From an uncultured Verrucomicrobiae bacterium (GTDB lineage Bacteria > Verrucomicrobiota > Verrucomicrobiia > Limisphaerales > JAFGQR01): a stretch of 64,000 nt of DNA. The notes below the pieces were generated by a model that made no database searches, had not been told where the DNA came from, and saw nothing but the letters and a program-made list of their open reading frames with translations. How positions within the stretch are numbered: the stretch's first letter is position 1; the number at the start of each line of letters is the position of its first letter. The translations under genes and the position numbers were made by a program. Shown here piece by piece: positions 20,896 through 34,224 of the stretch. Location of the stretch: contig CAWBHS010000009.1 of assembly GCA_963788655.1 (NCBI GenBank), positions 32,001-96,000 on the forward strand. Direction: 5' to 3'.

Positions 20896-23800
20896 ATGAA
20901 ACAACAGATTCGTATTCTCGGAGTTATTTTCCCGGCCATAAGGCTGCGGCGCGGCTGGACGGTGGCGTGTCTGGTCGGAATGCTTTCTTTGGTGGGCCAA
21001 GTCTGGTCAGCCAGCGTGGAGCCCGGCACCGGATATACCAACGCCTTCGACGCGCAGCCGCAAGCGGCGGATTGGGCGACGTATAGTGCCGCGGGTTCGG
21101 CATCGGACAACTACGATGCCGACGAGGACATCAACGCCAATATCACGGCCAGCTTGGTAGTCAGCCCCATCGTGTCTGACCCGGGCGATCCGCCGGAAAA
21201 GAATGGCGAGGCGATGTGGAGTTCCAGCGGGCTGTACCTGCTCACCCGGCCGACCGGCAACCAGTACACGGTCTTGATGGGCAAATTCGTAAATAACACC
21301 AAAACCAATGCCACCCAATTCACCATTGCGTACCAACTGACCTTTGCGGGTGACGGTGTGGCCGAGGACAGCGGGCATGGCACAAGGGTGTATTACAGCC
21401 GGACCGGCGAAGCGGGCAGTTGGATCAATGTGCCGTCACTGAACACGACCGAATCAGCCGACGGCACGACACCGGTGAGCGCCAGTGTGAACGTGGATTG
21501 GCCGGACGAGGCCAGTCTGTATGTGGTATGGATGGACGACAATGCTTCGGGTATGGGGGACGACGTGGCCAATGAGATCGACAATTTCTCGTTGCAGGTG
21601 ACCGGAGGGCACGCCAGTGGCTTTTGCGTGTTTACTGGACGAGCCGGCGCCGGAGGCGTTCTTCGAGATGGGCACGCCCGTAGTCAAGACCGCCGTGCGC
21701 GTCGTGAGCGGCATTGCGCCATATACCGTTGAGTATTTCACAAACAGCGGGATTGGCAACGACGTGTTCGTTTCTGCCGGAACCAGCGATACGCCACCAT
21801 ACGAAATTGAATTGGTGGACCTGGCGGCGGGATAATTACAACTTCTACGCCGTGGCCACCGACAGCGCGGAGCCGCCCGCCACCACCATTTCCGCAACGA
21901 ATAGTTTTTGAGTGGCCGATCCGTTGGCCTTACGCTGGTGGCGCCGGAGCCGGATGCTTCGTTTGACCACAGCGAGGTCAGGTGCCAGGAACGGTTACGG
22001 TGTCTGGCGGATAGCCGCCATACAGCGTGCAGTTTTTGTTGGACGGCATGGCGGATGGCGAGCCGGTTGCCGGAAGCGCCTTACGAACACGGCTTCGGAC
22101 CGCTGTTTGTCGGCGATCATACGGTTCAGGCCACAGTCCCGATACGTTGGGTTGGGGGAGCGGTTCAGTGATGCTACACCCTTCACATTACCGGGCCATT
22201 GGCGGCGATCCTGTCGCCGGAGGACGGTGTCACGTACAATTACGGCGAGGAAGTGTTGCTCAGTGCTTTTATCGGTGGGGGCACGGCGCCTTATACCGCG
22301 ACATTCTACACCAATGACCAACCGGTCGGCACCCTGGATGCGCCGCCTTTCGCGACGAATCTGGGTATTTTGGCGGCGGGCAGTTACACCAGCTACCTGC
22401 ATGCGACGGACAGTTCGCTGCCGGATGCCCAGCAAGCCGATTCACGACCACGAATATCATCACCATCCGCCTAATCCCCTGGTGGCGACGTTGACCAGTC
22501 CGAACCACGGACAGAACATCGCCACCAATGCCGGATTTATCGCCCGGGTCACCGTCACCTTAGCCCCCCCGGTGACGGTGAGGGGCGTGGAGTTTTTCCT
22601 GGATGACCAGTCGTTGGGAATGGTCAGCGAGGCGCCTTACTTGGTGGACGTGCCCAGCCTCACGTTGGGTAGCCACACGGTTTACGCCGTGGCGAGCGAC
22701 AGTTTGGACCGGACCAGCTTCACGACGACGAACGAAGTAACAGGCGTTTACGATCCGTTGGCGAATGACAACTTTGCCAATCGCATTACGCTGGTCGGTC
22801 CCGTGGCCAGCGCCGCCGGTTCCAACGTCGGCGCCTACGACCGAAAGCCGCGAGCCTACGGGCAGCTTCTTTGAAGGGCTACGGCGCGACGCTTTGGTGG
22901 ACTTGGACGGCGCCCATTAGTGGAACAGTCACCATCGACACGTTTGGCAGCAGCTTTGATACATCCTTGGGCGTCTATACCGGCGACAACGTTCGCAATT
23001 TGCGTCAGGTGGCATATAACAACAATGCTGCTGGAGAAAATAACGTGAGCCAGGTGACATTCAGTGTGCAAGAGGGAGTCGAATATCAAATCCAAGTCGG
23101 CGGTATTCGCGGCTTTGGGTGGCCCAATCAGCCGCCGCCGGCCACTGGCACGATCCTGTTGCACTTGGAAATGCCGCCGTCCGTCACGCTGACCGAACCG
23201 ACTAACAACGGCGTTTTTATGACGGGGCAGTGAAGGTGATCCTGAGCTTGCGACTGCCAGTTCGCCCCACGCGCCGGTCGACGAAGGTCGATTTCTACAG
23301 CGACGACCTGTTCCTGGGGACGGCGAGCAAGGAACCATATAGCGTAACAGTGAACAATCTTCCGCCCGGCACCAACCAATTGTATGCGGTCGTTACCGAT
23401 GGCATCGGCCTGACAGCGTCTTCCCCAACCGTCAACGTGGCGGTGTTCAACCTGGGCATGACCGTGGTGTCGCCCGCAGACGGGGCGATTCTGAATGCCA
23501 ATCCGACGACCATTCGGGCGGTGGCGGTGCTGCCTTCAGGCACCATGACGAAGGTCGAGTTTCTGGTGGATGGCGAAACGGTCGGTGAGGATGAAACCGA
23601 ACCGTATAGCATCGTGTGGAGCAGCGTGACTCCGGGCTTGCACCGGCTCAGCGCGCGCGGCACCGATGAATTGGGCAACACGTACTTATCCACTCTGGTT
23701 TGGGTGGCCGTCGCGGAGCCGCTGGTGCCGAACGGGTCTGTCTGGAAGTATCTTGACGACGGTTCCGACCAGGGCACCAACTGGATTACCGCGGACTTTG

Positions 23801-26800
23801 ACGACGGCGAATGGAGCACCGGCCCGGCCGAATTGGGTTACGGCGACGGCGACGAAGCCACCGTGGTTAGTTACGGACCGGACGAGAACAACAAATACAT
23901 TACCACCTATTTCCGCCGGGCGTTTGTGGTGGATAATCCGGCCACCTTTGCCAGTTTGACTCTCTCGCTGGAACGCGATGACGGCGGCGTGGTGTACCTC
24001 AATGGCAAGGAGGTTTTCCGCACCGACAATTTGCCGGCCGCCCCCGAGGTGATCACTTTTACCAATCTCACCAGCGGCTTTGGGATCGAAGACACCGTGG
24101 ACGTGTTCAACTTGAACGTGGCCGACCTGGTGGCCGGAACCAACGTGCTGGCGGTCGAGATTCATCAGGAATCGGGAACCAGTTCCGATATCAGTTTCAA
24201 TCTCCAGTTGGTGGGCATCCCCGAGATCATCCGCAACCAACTGCCGGTCATTCATTTCTTGAACGTGGCCGATGGCGACTGGTTCTTCACGCCGGCGCAG
24301 GTCGTTTTGGACGTGGAAGCGTCCGATCCCGATGGCACGATTACCAACCTGGCCCTGTTCCAAGGGAACACCCTGCTGGCCGAATCCACCGAAAGCCCAC
24401 TGGCGTTCCGCGTGAACGAGTTGCCGCCGGGCATTTTCCACTTCAGCGCCATGGCCAGTGATAACGGCGGGGCGATCAACACCCGCCGGATTGAGGTGAC
24501 GGTCTATGAGCGCAGCCAGGAATGGGTTGCCTACAACGATCATTACGCCGGGCCTAACACCCATCCCTACGCCACCGCGTGGAACGCCTTTGGCACCGCC
24601 GACGGCGCGCCGGGCGACGAAGGCATGCTGCGGAACATTGCCAATGGTCACCCGGTGCCGGCCTTCTTGAATATCTTCGCGCTGGGGACCATGGGTGACA
24701 GCCTCAGTGGGGCACCGCCGCCGGGCACGCCTGCCTATGAGACGTTCAACGGGTTTGTTGACTTCGGGTCGGGTGAGGTCAATCACGCCATTGTGCTGAG
24801 CCGCGACTCCGTGGTGTTCCATTTCTTCTCGGGTCTCGATCCCGACCGGCGCTACAACTTCCGGGGCACGGCTGTGGGTGGCGTGCCTGATTTCAAGAAC
24901 CGCTGGACGCTGTTCACGATTGTGGGCGCGCGGGCCTTCACGCCGGCGCACACGGACAACGTGTTAACCAGCGAAACCAGTCCCGGCGCCTTGTATCCGG
25001 ATGAAGCCGCCATGAACACGGGCGACAATTCCACCGGCGATATGGTGGGGTGGGACAATATTGCCCCCGGTGAGGATGGCACGTTTACGATCGTGTCCAC
25101 GTTGTATCAAGGGCCGGCACCGGGAAATGATCCCCCCGGGCCTTACGCGTATGCGCCGGTGGCGGTGCGCGTGGAAGAAGTGGGCGCCGTGCCCTACGTG
25201 GTGCTGACCGAGCCGACGGGCTACGACTATTACGGCTTTACCGATCTTGATCTGGCCGCCACGGCCAGTGCGGTCGAAGGGATTACGAACGTGCTGTTCC
25301 TGGCGAACGGCACCGTGATTGGCAGCGATGCCACGGCGCCATATCGCATGGTCTGGCCGGACGCGACGTTCGGGGAATTGGCGCTGACCGCCCTGGCGAT
25401 GGACGCCTCGGGCCAACGGGCCACCTCGGCGGTGGTCCACGTCGTCATCAATCCGCCGCCAACCAACACAATTGCGCCGGTCATTGCCGCAGTCGATCCC
25501 GAGCGCGGGGCCGCGCTCACCGAGTTGACGACCATAGAAGTCACTTTCAGCGAAGACGTGTACGGTGTGGCGGCGGCGGACTTGCTGATCAATGGCACGC
25601 CGGCCACTGCCGTTAGCGGATCCGGCTCCAATTACTTGTTCACTGTGACTGCGCCGGCCTACGGGAATGTGCGGATCACCTGGTCGCCCCTGCACGGGAT
25701 CGTTGACAAAGGCTATCCGACGGCGTTGCCCTTTGATCACACCGGACCGGGCGCGCGTTGGAACTATGCCATGTTGGATCGGGTGGCGCCCACCGTGGCC
25801 GTCCTGGATCCACCCCTTGGGGCCAGCCTGACGAATCTCACCCAGATCACCATCGTGTTTAGCGAACCGGTGACGGGCGTGGATGCATCTGACCTGCTGG
25901 TGCGCAATGCCCCGGCAACGGCCGTGGCCGGTTCGGGCACCACCTACACCTTTGTCTTCCCCCCGCAGGTTTACGGGCTGACGATTGTGCGATGGGCGGG
26001 CAACCACGGGATTACCGACCTGGCGACGCCGGCCAATGCCTATGTGGCGTCGCCGCCGACGTGGACGTATGTCGTCAATGCGAATTCGGTGTTGGTGCAG
26101 ACCAACAGTGATTGGCGCCTGATGCGGGGCGTTGCCGAGGCCTCCGATCCCATGGGGGCATGGCGCCAGTTCGGTTTTGATGATTCGAGTTGGGAATATC
26201 TGCAAGCCCCGATGTTCTATGGCGATCCTTACGAAACGTACAACGAGGCAGGCACGTTGCTGGGCGACATGCGCGGCCATTACTCGAGCATTTTCCTGCG
26301 CAAGGAATTCCAGGTCACGAAAGCGTTAAGCCTGACTAACATGCTGCTCAAAGCGCAGAGCGACGACGCGTTCATCGCCTGGATCAATGGGGTCGAAGTC
26401 TATCGCTCCAATGTCAGTTTGGGCGACTTGCCACACGATGCCACGGCGTCTTCCGAAGTGGCCGAAACGGCGGCCAACGGCGTGCCGACGGTCATCTACA
26501 CGCTGCCGGATCCGTTTGGTTATATGCGCGAAGGCACGAACGTGCTGGCCATCCAGGCGTTCAACTATGGGGCGACCAACGACGACTTCAATTTTGACGC
26601 CCAACTATACTGCTATCGGTACAGTCCAAGTCTGGTCACGCCGGGAGTCATTCGGGTCAGCCCGCCGGCGAGCAGCCTGTTCGCCTTGACCAATATCACG
26701 GTGACGTTCAACGAATCCGTCAGCGGTGTGGACGCGGCCGATCTTCTGGTGAACGGCGTGCCGGCTGCATCAGTCATCGGTGGCGCCAGTAACGACGTTT

Positions 26801-29800
26801 ACACCTTCAGCTTCCCGCAGCCGACGTTTGGCGCGGTGGCCATTACCTGGGCGGCCAATCACGGCATTGCTGATTTCGATGCCTCACCACGGGCGTTCAG
26901 CGGCACCACCGGGAGCGCCACTTGGCAGTATAACTTGCTCAATCCGAGCGCGCCGATTGTAACGACGCAAGTGCCGGCCGCGGGGACGACGGTCAGCAGC
27001 CTGACCGAGATCACGGTGACCTTCAACGAGCCGGTGATGGGGGTGCAAGCGGAGGACTTGCGAATCAACGGCGTGCCGGCCGGCGCCGTGAGTGGCGACG
27101 GCGCCACCTACACGTTCACCTTCGCCCCGCCAGCCTACGGTGCGGTCTTTGTGACCTGGTCTTCCACCCACACCATCACCGACACCGAAAACCCGCCGGT
27201 ACCGTTCACCTCGTCCGCCCCGGGTTCGACGTGGTCCTACACGTATTTGGATCAGATCCCGCCGGCCGTGGCGGCGCAGATGCCAACCACCAACGAAGTG
27301 GCGGCGAGCTTTACCCAAGTAACGGTGACTTTCACCGAGGCAGTGCGCGGAGTGGATGCCAGTGATCTGCTCATCAATGGTGTGCCGGCGACGGACATCA
27401 GTGGCAATGGGGCGGTCTATACCTTTAGTTTTCCGCAGCCCAATGCCTCGGTGGCCGTGATCACCTGGGCGGTTGGCCACGGCATTTATGACCAGGCGTT
27501 CCCGATCAACAATGCCTTTGACGCCACCGTGTCCAGCTCGACGTGGGCCTATCAGATCCACGACAACATTCCGCCGGAATTAGTGAGCGTGAACCCGCTG
27601 CCTGATGCGACGGTGCGGGGCTTGACGCAAATTATTGTGACGTTCAATGAAACCGTGGAGGGCGTGGATGCCACGGACTTGTTGCTCAACGGCACGCCGG
27701 CCAGCAGCGTCAGCGGTATGGACACGGATTATACGTTCCACTTTGATCAGCCCGAGCCAGGGCTGGTGCAGGTATCTTGGGCGGACCATCATGAAATCCA
27801 AGATCTGGCCTCGCCGCCCAATCCGCTGGTGGCGGAGGGGTGGACGTACCTGTTGGATACCAACGCCCCGCCGCCCACCATCACGCGCGGGCCCTATCTG
27901 CAAATTCAGACCGCCAGCAGCATTATCGTGCGCTGGCGCACGGCGGTGGCCACGGACAGCGGCGTGCGGTATGGACCGGATCCCTACAGCCGCACCAACG
28001 CGGTGAATGACTTCGCATTGACGACCGAACACATCGTCACCGTTACCAACCTGCCGGCGGACACCAAGTTCTATTACGCCATCGGCACGACGGATGGGGC
28101 AATGTTGGCGGATACGAACTACTTCTTCCGCACTGCGCCGATTCCGGGAATCAGCCGGCCGACGCGCATCTGGTTCATCAGCGACTACGGCTTCCGAAAC
28201 ACGGGTGAACGCCAGGTGCGGGATTCCTATTTCAATTACGTGGCGCCGGAGAAGCCGGCCGACGTGTGGATTACCGGTGGTGATAACGATCAGACCGACG
28301 GCTCGGATAGCCATTATTCGGATTCGGTATTTGGAACGACATACGCGTATGGCGACCTGCTGGCGCACCAAGTGATTTGGCCGACGATCGGCAACCACGA
28401 TTACCAGAGCTCGCAAGGGCAGTATTACTACGCCAACTTTAGCCTGCCCGCCAATGGCGAGGCGGGCGGGGTGGCCTCCGGCACGGAGCATTACTACTCG
28501 TATGACTACAACGACATTCACTTCGTCAGTCTCGACTCGATTGACGGCACCCTGTCACGCTCATCGGAAACCCCGATGATCGACTGGTTGCGGGAAGATT
28601 TGGCGGCTACCACGCAACGCTGGATTATTGCCTACTGGCACGGTCCGGCGTACACCAAGGGCAGTCACGATTCGGACAGCACCACCGATACCCTGGCGTG
28701 GATGACGCAGATGCGGGAGAACGTCGTGCCCGTGCTGGAATCCAATGGCGTGGATCTGGTGCTGTGCGGCCACTCGCACGTTTATGAGCGGTCCTGGTTG
28801 CTCCAAGGCCATTATGGACTGTCCACCACTTTCAGCGAAACCAACAAAGTCGATGGCGGCGACGGCAAAGTGGAAGGCGACGGCGCGTACCTCAAACCGG
28901 ACGGCACCGGCACCGTGTACGTGACCGCCGCGTTGGGCGGTGATCCGCAAAACCACACCACGGCGCAGCACCCGGCGCACCGGTTGAAGGTGACCGATGT
29001 TTTGGGTTCGTTAGTGATCGACGTGAACAGCAACCGGCTGGACCTGCAATGGCTCAATACCAGTGGCGTGACGCAGGATCATTTCACCATCGACAAAACG
29101 CCGCATGCCGCACCGCCGTCCGCTCCGAGTGGCCTGACGGGCACCAAGACGGGTTCGAGTGTCGCGCTCGCGTGGCAGAACACCCCGACCAACGAAATGG
29201 GCTTCAAGGTCGAACGCGGCACCGATGCGCTGAACTTCAGCGAGATCGCCGAAGTGGGCGCGAACCTTACCAAGTACACCGATGCCAGCGTGCCGGCCGG
29301 GACCACGTGGTTCTACCGGGTGCTGGCTTGGAATGATGCGGGCTCTTCCCCCTATCCGCCGATCATAACTGTGGGAGCCGCCGCTGCACCCATATTGGCC
29401 GAACAACCGCAGAGCCAGACCAACGTTATCGGCAGCACCGCCAGCTTCACCGTGGCGGTTGCAGGCACTGCCCCGCTCAGTTACCAATGGCGGTTTAATG
29501 GCGAATTGCTGGCGGATGCCACTAACGCCACACTTGTATTGGCCGATGTGCAACCAGCTCACGCTGGAGAATATACCGTGCGGATAACGAACGCCCAGGG
29601 CCTGGCCGACAGTGATGTGGCGACGTTGACGGTCGTCGAGGCGCCGCTGGGTGATGCGCCGGTCATCACCGCGGCGCCTCAGAACCAGGCGGTGCCCTTG
29701 GGCGGCAATGTCACCTTCCACGTAGTCGCGGAGGGCACTCCCCCGATGACGTGCCAATGGTTTGAGGATGGCGTGTTGCTGCCCGGTGAAACGTCCACCA

Positions 29801-30147
29801 GCCTGACCCTGCTCAGCGTGCAGGCCGATGTCGCCGGTCGCGAGTATGCCGCCGTGGTCTCTAACCTCTATGGGAAAGCCACCAGCGCACCACCCGCCAA
29901 GTTGACGGTGGTGTTACCGCCGGCCATTGATCCGCCGGTCATCACCGGTGACGGCACCTCGTTCACCTTCACCGTGCCGGGTGCTGCCGGAGTGAACCAG
30001 ATCGTGGAATACAAGGATCAGTTGGGCGACCAGACTCCGTGGCAGATGTGGACAAATTTTAATTCGGCGGAGTCGCTGACGATCACGGTACCGATTGATC
30101 CGGAACAGCCGGGGCGCTTCTACCGCGTGCGGGTTTCCGTTCCGTAG
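20896..30147 (+). CDS. Giant (~3,000 aa) secreted modular protein: Ig-like repeats, PPC-like domain, beta-sandwich domains, metallophosphoesterase, FN3 and Ig; 5' third broken by many frameshifts
   Basis: Signal peptide (..MLSLVGQVWSA); consecutive Ig-like fragments in ORFs 20827, 21617, 21908, 22027, 22199, 21912, 22871; intact 23230-30147 with six I/V.V.F(S/N/T)E.V.GV.A.DL..NG repeats and SDYG/GDN/GNHD/GHSH motifs. Confidence 0.8.
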
Positions 30148-30421
30148 CGCGGCGGCCACAAAGCCTTGCCATGTTTGGTGACGGCGCCGGCAGCGGAGCG
30201 TGGACATCCCCGCCCGCTACCGGCGCCCACTTTTTCGATACGGACAAGCAAGACCATCACGGACCGAGAATCTGGGGTGATCGAGCTTGTTGAATCGCAG
30301 TGGCGTTTCGGGAGTGCGCCGCATCCTTGCTGATGCCCACTTGACGGCTCTGCCGCACCGCGGCTACGCCCGGGGCTCCACCACAAGTGAATGCCGGAGT
30401 ATCCCCGCGCATCCAATAGCA

Positions 30422-32607
30422 ATGCAATCGTTTACCTTTGGTCTGACTTGTGCCTGCCTGACCGCGGCTTCCTTGTTCGCGGCGGGGCCCATTCCTCCGT
30501 TTCCGCCCGATCCCCAACAGGCGCTTGAACGCACCTGTTTTCAAACCGGCCAGGGCTGGAGCGAAATGGGGAATTTGCGCTCGGACGTGGCCATCGTTTA
30601 CGGCATCGATGCCCGCCTGCCGCAACGCATCCAAACCTGGCGCGATCGCGGGTATCGCATCCACGTGATGACCGGCGTCTCGTGGGGACAATACCAGGAT
30701 TATCTCTACGGCCGCTTCGATGGCGTGAACCATGAGGACGAGGCGCAAACCGAGCGGTCCGGGAACAAGGTCAGTCACGGCGGCGACGTGTATTACATGT
30801 GTCCGGGCGACGAATTTCGGGAAGTTCCTGTGCGTGGGGGTGCAACGCGCGCTCGACGCCGGCGCCGAGGCGATTCATCTCGAGGAACCGGAGTTCTGGG
30901 TGCGCAGCGGTTATTCCGAAGGCTTCAAACGCGAGTGGAAGAAATATTACGGCGAAGCCTGGCAGCCGCCGCACAGATCGGTCGATGCCCAATGGCGCGC
31001 TTCGAAATTGAAGTATTATCTCTACCGGCGCGCGCTGCAGCAGGTGTTTGATTACGTGCAGGCGTACAACCAAACGACCGGCCGCAAGGTCCATTGTTAC
31101 GTGCCCACCCACAGTCTGCTGAACTACGCGCATTGGCGGATCGTCAGCCCGGAGTCGAGTCTCGCACGGCTGAAGGGTTGCGACGGCTACATCGCGCAAG
31201 TATGGACCGGCACCTCGCGCACGCCGAACCGTGTATCGCGGCGAATTACGCGAACGCACGTTCGAGACGGCCTTCCTCGAATACGGCGCCATGCAAAACC
31301 TCGTTCGCTCCACGGGCCGCACCGTCTGGTATTTGAACGATCCGGTCGAGGACAATCCCAACCACGACTGGGAACGACTACCGGGTGAACTGGGAGTCCA
31401 CCATGACGGCGTCGTTGCTGCAACCGGAAGTCTGGCGATACGAAGTGGCGCCCTGGCCCGAACGCGTTTTTGGCGGCCGTTATCCCAAACGCGGCCAGCG
31501 CCGATGAGCGCGAGCCTATGCCGCCCGCCTACGCCACGGAAGTGCAGACGGTGATCAACGCGCTCAACGACATGAACCAGATCGCGCGTCGAATGGGACT
31601 GCGGCACGGAGGGCATCGGGGTGTTGGTCAGCGATTCGCTGATGTTCGAACGCGGTGAACCCACCCCCAGCGATCCGCACTTGAGCCAGATTTACGGATT
31701 GGCGTTGCCGTTCCTGAAGCGCGGCATGCCGATCACGCCGGTGCAATTGGAGAACGTGACCGTGGCCAATTATCTGCGCGGTTTTAAACTGCTCCTGTTG
31801 ACCTATCACGGCATGAAGCCGCTCAGCCCGGACGTTCATGCCGCGCTGGCGGAATGGGTCAAGCGCGGCGGGGTGCTGGTGGTGTGCGACGACGACGGCG
31901 ATCCATACAACCACGTTCGCGAATGGTGGAACAGCGATGGACGAAACTATGCCACACCGCGGGAGCATTTGTTTGAGCAACTGGGACTGGCTTCGGACAA
32001 ATACCCCGCGGCCCAATTTGCCGCGGGCGTTCCCGTGGGAAAAGGCACGGTCGCTTGGTTGCGCGAAAATCCCGCGCAATTGGCCGGGAGCGCTGACGGG
32101 GAAACGCAACTGCTGCGCACCGTCAAACAAGCGGCCGGCAAAGCTCACTTGAAGTGGCGCGAGACGAATTATCTGCTGTTGCGCCGCGGGCCGTATCTCA
32201 TTGGGGCCGGATTGGACGAGTCAATTCCGGGTGAACCGAAGCGGCTGACCGGCCGGTTGGTCAATCTGTTCGACCCGGAACTGCGGGTGCAGGAGTCGAT
32301 CACTCTGCCGCCCGGGTCGCGTCGGTTCCTTCTCGATTTGAATGCGGTGGACCACGGTCCAACGTGCGTGCTCGCCTCGGCTTGTAAAGCGTTGCCGGCC
32401 AAACATGAAACCGACAAGTTTGCGCTGACGGTTGAAGGAGTTGCCCGTACACCCGCAGTGCTTTTACTGCGAGTGCCGAAAGCTCCGAGCACAGTGACGC
32501 TGGCCGGGGAGAAACTGGATCACTTCAATTACTCGTCCGCCGATGGGCTGTTATGGATTCGTTTTCAGAACGAATCCCGCCCGCGCGAACTGGGGGTTTC
32601 CTTCTGA
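30422..32607 (+). CDS. Secreted hypothetical protein (putative TIM-barrel glycoside hydrolase plus GATase-like domain); about 5 frameshifts
   Basis: Signal peptide MQSFTFGLTCACLTAASLFA; continuous fragments incl. AIHLEEPEFW, DGYIAQVWTGT, WRYEVAPWPERVF (manual frame), LAEWVKRGGVLV. Confidence 0.55.
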
Positions 32608-32682
32608 ATTCGTCCGAGACGCCACGACACAACCATTGATGAGGGGAATACGCACCGCCTCAGCCCCGGCGTTTCATTCCAG

Positions 32683-34140
32683 TTACTGCGCCTGGATGGT
32701 CACGTTCCGCACGAACGGGTTCTGCTTCACCTCCCTGGCGGCCAACGGCTTGCCGTTCACGACGACGTTTTCAAATACCACGTTTTCTACGGTGTGCGTT
32801 TCATCGAAGCCCTGAAGTTCTACGCGCATGGGATTGGCCAGGGCCTCGATGTTTTTGAACCGTACATCATCGATGTGCCCGCGTTCGTTGTCGCGGGTCC
32901 AAAAGGCCTTGCCGATCCAAAGCGAGATCAGCCGCGGCGATTCTTCGATGCGGAGGTTTTCGAATCGGACGTGGCGGATGCGCGCCGAGTCGCAATGATA
33001 AACGCGTAACGTCCACTCGCGGCCCTTGTCATGGATCACATCGCAACTCGTGAACAACACGTCCTCGACGTTCTCCCGCAATTCCGCGCCGATGCTCAAG
33101 GCGTGCGCTACCTCGTTCCAGAGGACGCAGTTCTTGGCCACGATACGCCGCGCTTCGCCCTGACCGCGGTCAGTCTTCACCACGATCAAGTCATCCAGCG
33201 TGCGCAGGAAGCAATCTTCGACGGCCACGTCGCGACTGTTACAGATGTCGATGCCATCCGAATTGGCGCGGTAGCCGAGAATCTTCACATTCTTCACGGT
33301 CACCCGATCCGACCGACGGATGGGAATGTTCCAAGTGCTGGAATCGCGGAGGATCACGCCTTCGAGCGCAATGTCCCGGCCTTGCACGACAATCAGATTT
33401 CGCGCGTGCGTTGTGCAGCGGCTGCCATCGACAATGCCGCGTCCCCGTAAGGTGATGTTCGTTCCCTGCAACACGAACGTCGGCGAATAGGTGCGCAGCC
33501 CGCTATAACTGCTGATCCGATAGCGTTCGTCCGGCCGGATCACGCCCCGCACCACTGCCCCGCCGGCGACATACACGGTTTGGTCGTTGGTGACGACCAG
33601 GTGACTGACCTCATGGATGCCCGGCCCGAAATAGATGACGTGCGGATCGCTCGGCGCGGGGACGTTGGTTTCCGGCGGATTGGCGAACATGTGCAAAGCG
33701 CTTACCCAGTTGCCGTTCACTTCGATGGTCAGCGGCCTGGGTTCCGTGAGTTTCAGGGTCATACTTCGGCCTTGGATGGACGGTTTGAGGTTGAAGGAAG
33801 TGGGCAGTACTTTGGCGGTTTGAATGGGTTCGGGACAGGTGACCGTCAGCGTGACCGGACCTTGCATGTCGAAATAAGCGAATGAAGCTGTGGCGAAGTA
33901 ATCGGCCGAATTGGCCTTGTCATCCATGGCCTTCCAGCGGCGTGCCCTGTCGGCTGGCGCCACTTTGGCGACATACACCGGCACCGTCTGCCCCTCGGCG
34001 GTGACCGTGTAATCCTGGGACAACGTTTCGCCGTCAGGAGCTGGATAAATGCGGACGGTGCCGGCATCGGCCAGCGGCACAACACAAAACGAGACAGCAA
34101 ACGAAAACATGGCCGTGCGCAAGGAAATGACGAGTTTCAT
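32683..34140 (-). CDS. Secreted pectin-lyase-fold beta-helix enzyme (GH28-like)
   Basis: Signal peptide; YFGPGIH, LRGRGIVDG, NSDGID, DDLIVVK motifs. Confidence 0.8.
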   Translation of the reverse strand: MKLVISLRTAMFSFAVSFCVVPLADAGTVRIYPAPDGETLSQDYTVTAEGQTVPVYVAKVAPADRARRWKAMDDKANSADYFATASFAYFDMQGPVTLTVTCPEPIQTAKVLPTSFNLKPSIQGRSMTLKLTEPRPLTIEVNGNWVSALHMFANPPETNVPAPSDPHVIYFGPGIHEVSHLVVTNDQTVYVAGGAVVRGVIRPDERYRISSYSGLRTYSPTFVLQGTNITLRGRGIVDGSRCTTHARNLIVVQGRDIALEGVILRDSSTWNIPIRRSDRVTVKNVKILGYRANSDGIDICNSRDVAVEDCFLRTLDDLIVVKTDRGQGEARRIVAKNCVLWNEVAHALSIGAELRENVEDVLFTSCDVIHDKGREWTLRVYHCDSARIRHVRFENLRIEESPRLISLWIGKAFWTRDNERGHIDDVRFKNIEALANPMRVELQGFDETHTVENVVFENVVVNGKPLAAREVKQNPFVRNVTIQAQ

Positions 34141-34224
34141 GGTGACGATGATCATGCCATAAGGTCACCCGTTTACAAGGACGACGAAACCGTGGATGCC
34201 GTCCGAACGGCGAGACTCCCGTTC

